Source: Schmidtea nova
Taxonomy: Eukaryota
NCBI GenBank assembly: GCA_044892505.1
Contig: CM097883.1
Location: 437,100,001-437,164,000 of the forward strand
Direction of reading: 5' to 3'
Length of the DNA stretch: 64,000 nt
Part shown: in pieces, positions 1 through 9,270 of the stretch
How the letters are laid out: the number at the start of each line of letters is the position of its first letter
Numbering within the stretch: the stretch's first letter is position 1
Notes under the pieces: model-generated
What the model was told of the DNA's origin: nothing
What the model saw: only the letters and a program-made list of their open reading frames with translations
Databases searched by the model: none
Program-made: the position numbers and the translations under genes

Positions 1-182
1 TTCATGCACCTCCATGCTTTGTCTTCAGTATAATTTTTTCAGTAAATCAACTTCATCGGACTCTTACAAGTTCCAGAGCAATGCATCACTCGTTTGATTA
101 ATTCTTTTTCAAACAAATAACTTCTAAATTCATCGTTGTTCATTTTGATAATCAGTTCTTCTTCTTTTTCAATTTGATTCAT
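1..182 (-). pseudogene. N-terminal fragment of a Merlin/ISXO2-like transposase, running off the window edge, with an in-frame stop
   Basis: Manual translation from ATG at 182: MNQIEKEEELIIKMNNDEFRSYLFEKELIKRVMHCSGTCKSPMKLIY*KNYTEDKAWRCM. The C..C..M.L...D..WRC pattern is typical of eukaryotic ISXO2/Merlin transposase N-termini. Confidence 0.5.
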
Positions 183-270
183 TATAGGGTATATTTAGAA
201 ATGATTATAATAATACAATCTGTGTTGACCGATAATTATAAATTAACATATTATATAACAAATAATATAG

Positions 271-301
271 GTAAAAAAATGCCCATGGGCATTTTTTTTA
301 C
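271..301. repeat. Near-perfect 31-bp palindrome, candidate Merlin terminal/subterminal repeat
   Basis: gtaaaaaaatgcccatgggcattttttttac, about 90 bp upstream of the Merlin-like ATG. Confidence 0.4.
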
Positions 302-396
302 GTGATCCAAAATATTTTCAGCAATTTCTATTTCAAGTGAAGTAGTTCAAGTTGCCTATTTCACGAATTATGCAAGTTCAATAATCCTGCGTAAAT

Positions 397-434
<38 letters not shown>

Positions 435-950
435 AAATGAAATCGATTTTCTTAAAAAATAATAATTTTCTTTATTAAAAAGTAAAATAGTTTGATGTGA
501 GTTCAATGAAATTCAGTGACAATAATCAAATTGTCTATGCAAATTTAATAATTATACACCGTTTTCATTGGTTATTGGACAAGCATAATCAGTTACGCTT
601 TGTTGGCATAATTTCCAATGAAATGATTATCTTGTTCGGCTTTTCAATACCAAGCTGATTAGTCACTACCGAGGGGGTCAAAAACAATTGCAGTTGAAAT
701 AATTCTATCATTTACCAACTTTCTTTTATTTGTCATGGTTTACCGTTCCAGCAGTTGAAAGTTGATTTACAGCTCATATTTTAGAATGAAATTTTTGTTT
801 CATTTCGATTCATTACATAATGCTGAAAGTTCTGAAAAAAATGTAAAATGGTGTTTTTTCAATAAATTGAAACAAAATCTACTAAAAATAAAGGACTCAT
901 AAAATCATTGATTAAACTTTTGATGCGAGTTGGCAAATTTATACCTTATA

Positions 951-1124
951 CAGTAAACTTTCGGTACGGTCACAATTTTTTTAAAATCCATAAAAATAAG
1001 GAGTGGCAGCTATCGAATTTTAATTAAACGAATTTTTGATTCAATTTTTTGATGGTTTCATTTATCAAGCAAAATAGCCAATGAATGTGACACTTATCAA
1101 GTATGACACTTGTCAAATGTGACA
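951..1124 (+). mobile_element. Tc1/Tigger-type MITE, family shared with 2637-2805 and 14088-15105
   Basis: TA|CAGTAAA start; body aataagga..gcagctatcgaatttta is shared with the 2637 copy; 1086-1124 is the reverse complement of the 14.1-15.0 kb satellite unit. Confidence 0.55.
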
Positions 1125-1180
1125 ATGAATTAAAACAATACAACAATATTTATTTTCATTTTCCAATTTTTTTTTCTTTG

Positions 1181-1216
1181 CAACGCAAATTTGCAGCACT
1201 GCCTTTTTCAAATGTT
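1181..1216 (-). ncRNA. Degenerate U3-A8 variant minimal hammerhead (family copy)
   Basis: Reverse complement: aacat TTGAAAA A GGC agt GCT GCAA ATTT gcgtt; core GAAA is mutated. Confidence 0.35.
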
Positions 1217-1320
1217 ATTATCGGAAAAAATGAAAATAAATTAGATCGAAAAAAATATTAAAATTGAAGAAGAATTTAATGTTAATATAATAACAATAAA
1301 AAGTATTTACATTGTACTAC

Positions 1321-1324
<4 letters not shown>

Positions 1325-1396
<72 letters not shown>
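1325..1396. repeat. (CA)n(TA)n microsatellite; similar tracts at about 397-429, 4606-4645 and 30928-30990
   Basis: Directly visible dinucleotide runs. Confidence 0.95.
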
Positions 1397-1398
<2 letters not shown>

Positions 1399-1850
1399 TT
1401 ATATCACTACTTCTTCATGAGTATGTAATTTATTCGTCCGGTTAAAAGGTTAATTTTCTACTAACAATCACAATGTGATAACTAGATATATTATTTAAAC
1501 TTAAATTCGAATGTCTCAAAAATTACGGACCATGAAAAATATAATTTGTTTTTTGACATTTCGGAAAAAGTAGAAAAAATTTCCAAGCTTCTGCAGACAA
1601 ACGAGTGCAAAATAAAATCTAATATTTATACCGCACAGTGAGACCACCTGTGGTGCTCATGGCATCGTAGACTATTAGTTGATTGATTTTTAGTTTAATT
1701 TTTTAAATCAGATGTGCAAATTAAATATCTAGTGATAAAAATCAAATTAAGAATTTTGTTTTTAATCTTGTGGTAAGTTTAAGTCACATTTTGTTGTTTT
1801 ATTAACACAATTTAATTTATTTAAGAGATTTATGTGAATATTTATTTCAG

Positions 1851-2009
1851 GTCTTTTGGTGTGGTTTTATGGGAAATGATAACTAGACAAATTCCATATT
1901 TTGGAGTTGAAACTGTCACAATTATCTATGGAGTCGGTCAAGGTTGTTTAAGTTTACCAGTGTATGACACATTTCCTCAGGGCATTAAGGAGATATTAAA
2001 TCATTGTTG
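1851..2009 (+). CDS. MAP3K12/13: DLK/LZK-type MAP3K exon, kinase subdomains IX-XI
   Basis: tttcag|G TCT TTT GGT...; translation (W)SFGVVLWEMITRQIPYFGVETVTIIYGVGQGCLSLPVYDTFPQGIKEILNHCW; donor GTAAG at 2010. Matches the DLK WSFGVVLWELLTGEIPY...IIWGVG...L.LPVP...P.GFK.LL.QCW pattern. Confidence 0.9.
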
Positions 2010-2210
2010 GTAAGTTTCATATTATATCTGTCGCTATTCAGGGGTGCAATCTAGTAGGGGATATAGGGGATAAAATCTAGTACTGAGATTCCAGTGGTTC
2101 GGTAAGTCCGCTTTTTAAAAAAAATATTTTAGTTCCACAAACCAGTTGTTAAAATTATGTGATGTCATTTTACAAATTGAAAGAAAAGTTTTTATTTTAT
2201 TGAAATTTAG

Positions 2211-2355
2211 GAAACATAATCCGGACGACAGGCCGGTATTTAATGAAATCTTGAAAAACTTTAATAATTACTTTGAAGAGTTAGAAACTTTTAATCAAGA
2301 AAAGTTTATCTCACTGCAGTTCGAATGGAAATCTCAAATAGAAAATTGTTTTCAA
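2211..2355 (+). CDS. MAP3K12/13: DLK/LZK-type MAP3K exon, end of kinase domain and first zipper
   Basis: tttag|G AAA CAT...; KHNPDDRPVFNEILKNFNNYFEELETFNQEKFISLQFEWKSQIENCFQ; phase 2 join with the previous exon; resembles DLK KPRNRPSFRQIL...Q.EWREEV. Confidence 0.85.
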
Positions 2356-2636
2356 GTTTGTGTTTATTTTGTATTATAAAAAGATATTTTTTTCAGTTAT
2401 CAGTAACTTTTATCTCCATGACAGCACAAAATATCCTCAATTAACTTTCTTTTGTCACCGTACTTTTCTTATAATTTTTTCCAAATTTAACATAATCGGA
2501 TAAGTGTTTTTTGATTTTTGTATAGAATTAAATTTCTAATAGATTGTACATAATTTGTCATGTGAAATTTTGAAATGTATATTGGTTTTAAAGGTTGGCA
2601 ATGATTACCATAACTTTACATGAACGTGTTTTAATA

Positions 2637-2805
2637 CGGTAATTTCTCGATAAGTGTCACAAAGAGTGAAACAATTTTTAAAAAATTGACATAATAAGGA
2701 TTGACAGTTATCGAATTTTAATGAATCGATTTTTTATTCATTTTCTGAAGGCTTATTTATCCAGCAGAATAGCTATTGAATTTGACACTTTTTTTTTATC
2801 TACTG
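2637..2805 (+). mobile_element. Tc1/Tigger-type MITE (same family as 951-1124)
   Basis: TA|CGGTAATTTCTCGATAAGTGTCACA start and ...CTACTG end; body similar to 951-1085. Confidence 0.55.
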
Positions 2806-3785
2806 TTATAATTTTAAATTTTAAATTTTAATTATTACTGTTAAAATATACTATAAAAATCACTTTGTTTATTATAAAACTTTCATAAAGCAACATGTTT
2901 ACAAGTTACTCATCATAATGCAAGTTTTAAAACAAGAATTACAAATGGTCATTTCATAAAAATAACTTTGAAGTCTACAGTTATTTTTATGAAATGTCCA
3001 TTTGTAATTCTTGTTTTCAAATTTGCATTATCATTGGTCAAATCTGAAAATAACTTGTAAACCTATTGTTATATTAAAGTTTATAATAAACAAAGTGATG
3101 AATTGTTTGATAAAATACTTAATAATTGCCGCAACTTTAGTTGGTTTAGAATTGATCTTTTGTAATAAAAGTTTAATCATATCAATATTTTAATAAAATC
3201 TTGAAAAGCATTATTTAAAAGATTAAAGTTACCCTCACTATGCTTTTTTGTAATGGTTTGGTTAGGATTTACCAAGTTCATAATTTCATACATATATCAT
3301 CAAATGTATAGCAGAAGAGCTCAAAGATAAAGTTGTTGTCTCGGTCTGGGATCGAAAAATCATCTACCACATCTAATTTTATGCCCACTTTATCTTCAAT
3401 GATGATCCCTTCCAAACCGTCCCTTTGTTAATCGTGAAAAATGAGAAAATCACATATTCACTAGTTACCCTTAATCCGTGTAATAATTATTGTCTAAATT
3501 TGGAAACTTTCCCCATTTTTGATTTGCTTTACTTTGTTGAATGAGTAGAATTGAAATTCTTAGCCAATCCTTCAAATACTTTAAATAGATCGTGCTCCAT
3601 TAATATTCTCAATTTATATCCCTTCATCTAATTCGTATGGTCTTTTAAAACAAGGCCTATTCTAGAAACCATAGCATCAAGGCCATAATATTTGGAACCA
3701 CGGTCGACATTGACTTATTCATGGAATTCATTTTCCATAAATTTTATCTATTTTTCTGCTTCTCACACTTTTAATAATATCTTTA

Positions 3786-3988
3786 NNNNNNNNNNNNNNN
3801 NNNNNNNNNNNNNNNNNNNNNNNNNNNNNNNNNNNNNNNNNNNNNNNNNNNNNNNNNNNNNNNNNNNNNNNNNNNNNNNNNNNNNNNNNNNNNNNNNNNN
3901 NNNNNNNNNNNNNNNNNNNNNNNNNNNNNNNNNNNNNNNNNNNNNNNNNNNNNNNNNNNNNNNNNNNNNNNNNNNNNNNNNNNNNNNN
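3786..3988. other. Assembly gap (others at about 29294-29427, 33529-33797, 34945-35121, 36481-36609, 50438-50572, 55451-55910)
   Basis: Runs of N. Confidence 0.98.
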
Positions 3989-4020
3989 TTAATGTAAGAT
4001 GCCATTTATAGATCATACGA

Positions 4021-4061
4021 ACTATATATTTCGACAGGCTCCCTACCATCTTCAGGTATCC
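4021..4061 (-). ncRNA. Minimal type I hammerhead ribozyme motif
   Basis: Reverse complement: ggatac CTGAAGA t GGTAG ggagc CTGTC GAAA TATATA gt. Core, stem II with wobbles, and palindromic mini stem III. Confidence 0.65.
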
Positions 4062-4538
4062 ATAAAACTATGCTAAAATCAAGTTCAATAAACAAATTAT
4101 ATAATATAATTAGATAAAGATATTAAGTTTTTTAAATTTATTAAAAATTATTTTAAAATATAAATTTTAATTTATTAGGAATCAGACCACAAATAAATTT
4201 TAAAATGATTAATTATTAACAAATTTTATTTAAAATTTCTAAAATTTTTAAAAATATATATTTCTAAAATTTTTTATTTATTAAATTTCACCAAAACTAA
4301 TTTCATCACTCAATTTAATTAATATTACAAAATACACATAAACACAAAATATTTAAAAACATTCAAAATATCCGCGTTCACAGCATTCTGTACATTTATT
4401 TTAGGATTTAAAAATCTTTGATATTTTAATTATGATTTAAATTTAAAAATAATTTTTAATAAATTTATTAAAGTTAACATCTTTATCTAATTATATTTTA
4501 TAATTTGTTTACTTAACTTGATTTTTGCATAGTTTTAT

Positions 4539-4580
4539 GGATACCTGAAGATGTCAGGGAGTCTGTCGAAATATATCATT
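4539..4580 (+). ncRNA. Minimal type I hammerhead ribozyme motif
   Basis: ggatac CTGAAGA t GTCAG ggagt CTGTC GAAA TATATC. One stem II mismatch; stem I 3' strand is degenerate. Confidence 0.6.
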
Positions 4581-4604
4581 TGCATGATGTATAAATGGCG
4601 TTTT

Positions 4605-4635
<31 letters not shown>

Positions 4636-5497
4636 CATATATATAATATTTAAAATGCAATTCATAATGAACATTTTCAGCTTATTTATCATCCCAGATA
4701 AAAACGAATCCCGTAAAAAACGTCCATCAAAATTAGAGCATGGAGAAAATCTTAGTAAGGGGAAAAAGTCCACGAAAGACGATAAATAAAGATATTATTT
4801 TATTATTTAATATTTTCCTTGGACATTTAATTCACGCTTTAATTCCCGTGGACTTGATTTCTGTTTACCAAAAAACTACGTTTTGACTATAGCAGCGTCT
4901 TTCAACCGTTTTCCCATTGCTGACCCGTAAGATAATGGATAATTTGCACGGAACTATCGGTGCGAAACGAGGAATAAACAAATCATCAAACGGTATGAAA
5001 ATAAATAAGACTCCATAAGCTCGACATCGAGTATCGCTGGACATCAATAATTAAAATATAGATAATTAATAATTATTTTTAAATGAATGTATAATTTCTG
5101 TAAACATTTTTTGTGCACCTCTGAAATTCTTTCATAGGATGAAACTGGTCCGCGTTTTGTAGGTCTGTCATTTAGGATATTTTCCCCACCTATAGACTGA
5201 AAGTACTAAAAAAATAATTAACTTTCAAATATTTACTAAGAATTACATTTTATTGATTTCACTGTCTACGAGTCAACTATATTAGAAGCGATTTGTGTGT
5301 GTGTGTGTGTGGATTTATGGATTTTATTAATCTTTGGAGTTGTAGAAATGTGTGAATTGCTTTAAACAGATTTCTCTTAATTTTCCTTATTGTTAGAAAT
5401 TTTTTTAAAAAAAAATTATATATTTGGATTTTATATAAAAAATAAATATCAAAACTTAGTTAATGAATTATTTTGTTAATTTCGTTACCTCATTTAG

Positions 5498-5688
5498 AGT
5501 ATGACTCAAGCTAGAATTTCTACATCTAAAGTAGAAGCGGAATTGATTCGTCGAAGAACGAAAGAATTGAAAGATGCTCGAGACATAAAACATCTTTACA
5601 ATGAAAAATTGATGAGGGCGGATAGGTTGATTGAGTTATTAACAAAATGTTTAAACGCCGTGGAAAAAGAAAGACTAAAAAATGAAGG
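5498..5688 (+). CDS. MAP3K12/13: DLK/LZK-type MAP3K exon, leucine-zipper region
   Basis: catttag|AGT ATG...; SMTQARISTSKVEAELIRRRTKELKDARDIKHLYNEKLMRADRLIELLTKCLNAVEKERLKNE(G), comparable to DLK EEEL..RRREEL.HA.DIR.HYE.KL.RAN.L; donor GG|GTAATC. Confidence 0.85.
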
Positions 5689-5816
5689 GTAATCATATTT
5701 TTATTGTTTTTTCTAAAAAAAATTTTTTGAAAATTAAATCTTTTATCTTTTTCAACTTTGATCTGTTTCCATTTACAATTTCTTTCGTCTTCATCCTATC
5801 CGACTAAAGACTAGAG

Positions 5817-7440
5817 CAGTGTTTCTTAAAATGGTGGACCGCGGATTAATGATCACCGGTGTAGCGTAGAATTTTTACTCCCATAGAATTTTTACTCCGC
5901 TGTAGAATTTTTACATTCGCGATTTGGTAGTTGTTTTTTCGTGAGAAAATACTTGTATACAATTTAGATTATAACAAACATCATTGTCATATTTTGAATA
6001 TTTGTGTTTGATTAAAAAAGTACAAAATGTATATAGCAAGGTAGCAAGCTTTTAGACAAAATATCTGGTTTGCCATGGTGTTTTAGAGATTGTTAACCTT
6101 AACTTTGGTTGGTAAATATTTTTCTTTTTTTGATATGACGTGATATAGAGCATGACGGGCCGAATGGTTTTAGATCGATGGTTTAACGGTCATAACACAT
6201 GTACAGTTGAAATTTCCGCCCATATAAGCATCTCTTTTACGGGTGTAAAAATTCTACGGGGTAGTAAAAATCCTATAGTAGAATTTTTACACCCCATATA
6301 AAAATGGCCAAAAACATAAATTGGCTAACCTATTCTTTATTCAATAACATTCTCATAGTTTCTCGATATTCATCAGGCGAAAAGTTGCAATTGTTGTTGT
6401 TATTTATAATATGATCCACGTAAAGGCAACAAAAGACTCCGCAGTTATATCCATATTTTTGTTGTAGGAAACTGTCTTTCATAATTGTAAAATCACTTCC
6501 AACTTGTGGAGCTAAGTTGATTTTTTTACTTCTTCTAATTGATTTTGACCTTGTGGATCATAATACAATATTTCAGAGGTTGCTATGTTGACCTGAAATG
6601 CAATCTGGAAATTTTGGCCATTTTTATATGGGGTGTAAAAATTCTACTAAAGGATTTTTACTACCCCGTAGAATTTTTCACCCGTAAAAGAGATGCTTAT
6701 ATGGGCGGAAATTTCAACTATACATGTGTTATGACGGTTAAACCATCCATCTAAAAGCATTCGGTCCGTCATGCTCTACATAACGTCATATCAAAAAAAG
6801 AAAAATATTTACCAACCCAAAGTTGAAGTTAACAATCTCTAAAACACCAATATGACAACGATGTTTGTTATAATCTAAATTGTATACATGTATTTTCTCA
6901 CGAAAAAACAACTACCAAATCGCGAATGTAAAGATTCTATGCTACACCGGCCCATGGAAGAGTCAGAAATTGACTTTAAATTTCAAATTGTTTTTATTTT
7001 TAATGGTTAAATTATTTGAATGTTACTTATTTTTACATATCAAATGGCGCACTTAACCACGAAACTATAAGCAGTCATAAACGTAGTAAATTGAGGATAA
7101 ACTTAATTCTGAATTTACTACGTCTATGGCTGACGTCTGTCTTATTAATTTATGCCGATAATCAAGTAAAGTGCTAATCAGGCTGGAAGAAGATTTTTTG
7201 CAATTTTTAACATTATAATTTATATTTATAACCGGGCAATTGTGTTTTAATAATTTAATCATTTAAAAAATGAGCAAACGTAAACCACCGTGTCTAGACG
7301 GTTTTTAAATAAAAAAACGGCAGAAGAGTTTGACTCCTTACACTCGAGAGAAAAAAATGATGATATTTCGGAACCGGTTTCCTGTTCAAACAAAACATCC
7401 AAGCTCAAAAAGAATAAACCGTTCACACGAAAGCAAATCC
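5817..7440 (+). mobile_element. 5' part of a Charlie/Buster-like hAT element, interrupted by the 5860-6946 element and truncated at the rDNA fragment
   Basis: gactagag|CAGTGTTTCTTAAAATGGTGGACCGCGGA terminus; a broken MSKRK..LDGF start at about 7267. No right end found. Confidence 0.4.
5860..6946. mobile_element. Non-autonomous Ginger1-like fold-back DNA transposon
   Basis: CCGG|TGTAGC...GCTACA|CCGG, i.e. TG..CA ends with a 4-bp CCGG TSD. Long inverted arms (about 5860-6315 and 6615-6946) carry repeated TAGAATTTTTAC motifs. Confidence 0.65.
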
Positions 7441-7853
7441 TGGTTATAAGTGTTTGCTAGTTGGTGGGTGAAACATACTGCTGATTGCCAATTGATCTCA
7501 GGTCTGCGGTACTTCGGTGCTGCATTATTGATAGAAGCTTTCAAAGGGGCGCGTGTTGGTCACAGGGTCGATAGTTGGGTTGCCGATTGACCTGTGGACT
7601 TGTTGCTTATTTTGTTACCTGCCTTTAAAAGCGGTTTGATATAGCAGTTGGCTTGGAGCGATTGTAATTTGCATTTCATTGCCCAGTATTTGTTTTTGTG
7701 TCTGATTTAATGAAATTTAAAATTTTGTTAAGTACCTAGTTTTAAATAACTGGATAAACGAATAAGATTGCTTGCAATCATTATAATTGTCCTGTATATA
7801 GTTGTTTGTTCAGCTATGCGATTGAATCTAACATCCAAGGATGTAAAAGTAAA
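7440..7853 (+). other. Probable 5' external transcribed spacer (5'ETS) of rDNA
   Basis: GU-rich and GC-elevated; contains hairpins (gtac-TTCG-gtgc; cacagggtcgat..attgacctgtg); contiguous with the 18S 5' end. Confidence 0.45.
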
Positions 7854-7921
7854 TATATGGTTGATCCTGCCAGTAGTCATATGCTTATCTCCAAGATTAA
7901 GCCATGCATGTCTAAGTACAC
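7854..7921 (+). rRNA. 18S rRNA 5'-end fragment (orphan pseudogene, about 68 nt)
   Basis: tatatggttgatcctgccagtagtcatatgcttatctccaagattaagccatgcatgtctaagtaca, matching the universal 18S start with about 3 substitutions; homology then stops. Confidence 0.9.
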
Positions 7922-8007
7922 GATCTTACCTTATGCTCTTCTCATAAAACATAGGTCGTGTCCATAACTTTAAGAACCATTGAACTAGTGCTTTTATTTG
8001 TTTAAGA

Positions 8008-8303
8008 CAGGGATGGGCAAACTACGGCCCTCGGGCCGCATGCGGCCCGCTAAGACCAAGTTAGATTTCTTTTAAAAAATTAAAAAATAAAATTTCAACA
8101 GAGTTTCTTTATTTTTCAAGCAAATATGTTTAATGTACCTTTAAACCTTAAAATAATAAATAGGGGAACATTGTTTTTTCTTCAAAAACCTTCTATTTTA
8201 TAGCTATTATCAATATTAATTATTTCATTGTTATATTATGCGGCCCTTCAAAATTTCGCTACTATGTATGCGGCCCTTGTACTAAAAAGTTTGCCCACTC
8301 CTG
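8008..8303. mobile_element. hAT MITE
   Basis: TIRs CAGGGATGGGCAAACT / AGTTTGCCCACTCCTG; exact 8-bp TSD GTTTAAGA; subterminal GCGGCCC motifs. Confidence 0.9.
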
Positions 8304-9270
8304 GTTTAAGACTTTAATCAAAAGTATTATAGAATGAAATAAACAAAATTGTAAATTAAAAATAGAAGATTTAATATGAAATTGACGCCATTTATCCAAT
8401 GTTGGTGTTAACGGTGAAATTGTTGCCCGGAATTTATTTTCACCATTCAACGTGCTAAATACTTCAAATTCAAAGCAGTTAAAGCTGAATTCTTTTACGT
8501 TCATGAATTTCTAATACTATAACAGTAAACAATCTCGAAATATGAAAATGTATTAAAGATTAGATCTTTTGCCCCTTTTAGACAAGTACTCTCCCTAGGG
8601 AGGACGCGTCCACCGATTGGGAAATTGCGGGTCTGAATTATTAACTCCCAGAATATAATGTTATACAATTATGAAATCAGGAAAAATTGACGATAATCGA
8701 GAAAACTCATTTATTTCTTCAGTAGAACTAATAATTGAGATTCTCATTCACTGTTCGTTTTGGGTTTTCGCATTTCATGGATGATTTAAAATTTCATTAT
8801 GGTTATTTTCTTCTGAAAGCCTAGAATGAGTTATTAGTTCATACTGGTACTGATTGATGTTGTTAATGAACGGTTGGATAGACATTTCTAGTCACAAATT
8901 TATTCATTCATTAATCATGGATATTTTGATGGTTTGCAGACAAATGAATTTATTCACATGACCGTGACCAACTTGATTTTAATACGCGTTTAGACAAGTT
9001 ATCATAAACCCATCCCAGACAATGATTAATGAGCATTTCACCACATATTGGTCTTGAACAGTTGGCATTATAATCTTATTGCCGTCAAGTCTATAATTGA
9101 ATAAACTATGTAAAATATGAAAGAAAATGATAAGTACAGTAGTGTGCTATATTTAGGGCACAAAAATAGACTGAAAATGTTAAATTTTTAAGGCATTTAT
9201 CTTGTAAGAAAAGAATTTCACTATTAAAATTTTGTATGATGTCAAAAAAAATAAAATAAATTTATATATC

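Larger units (their letters stand above)
3989..4605. mobile_element. Penelope-like (PLE) derived fold-back element with a hammerhead in each arm
   Basis: Arms about 3995-4200 and 4425-4603 are inverted repeats. The core (-) encodes KINVQNAVNADILNVFK, homologous to the GIY-YIG C-terminus at 36080-36155. Confidence 0.75.

Noticed and set aside
8580-8640. Segment whose reverse complement resembles 18S (gcaatttcccaatc), with two short palindromes
   Set aside because: Only about 12 nt match and the flanks do not follow 18S; probably a TE end.
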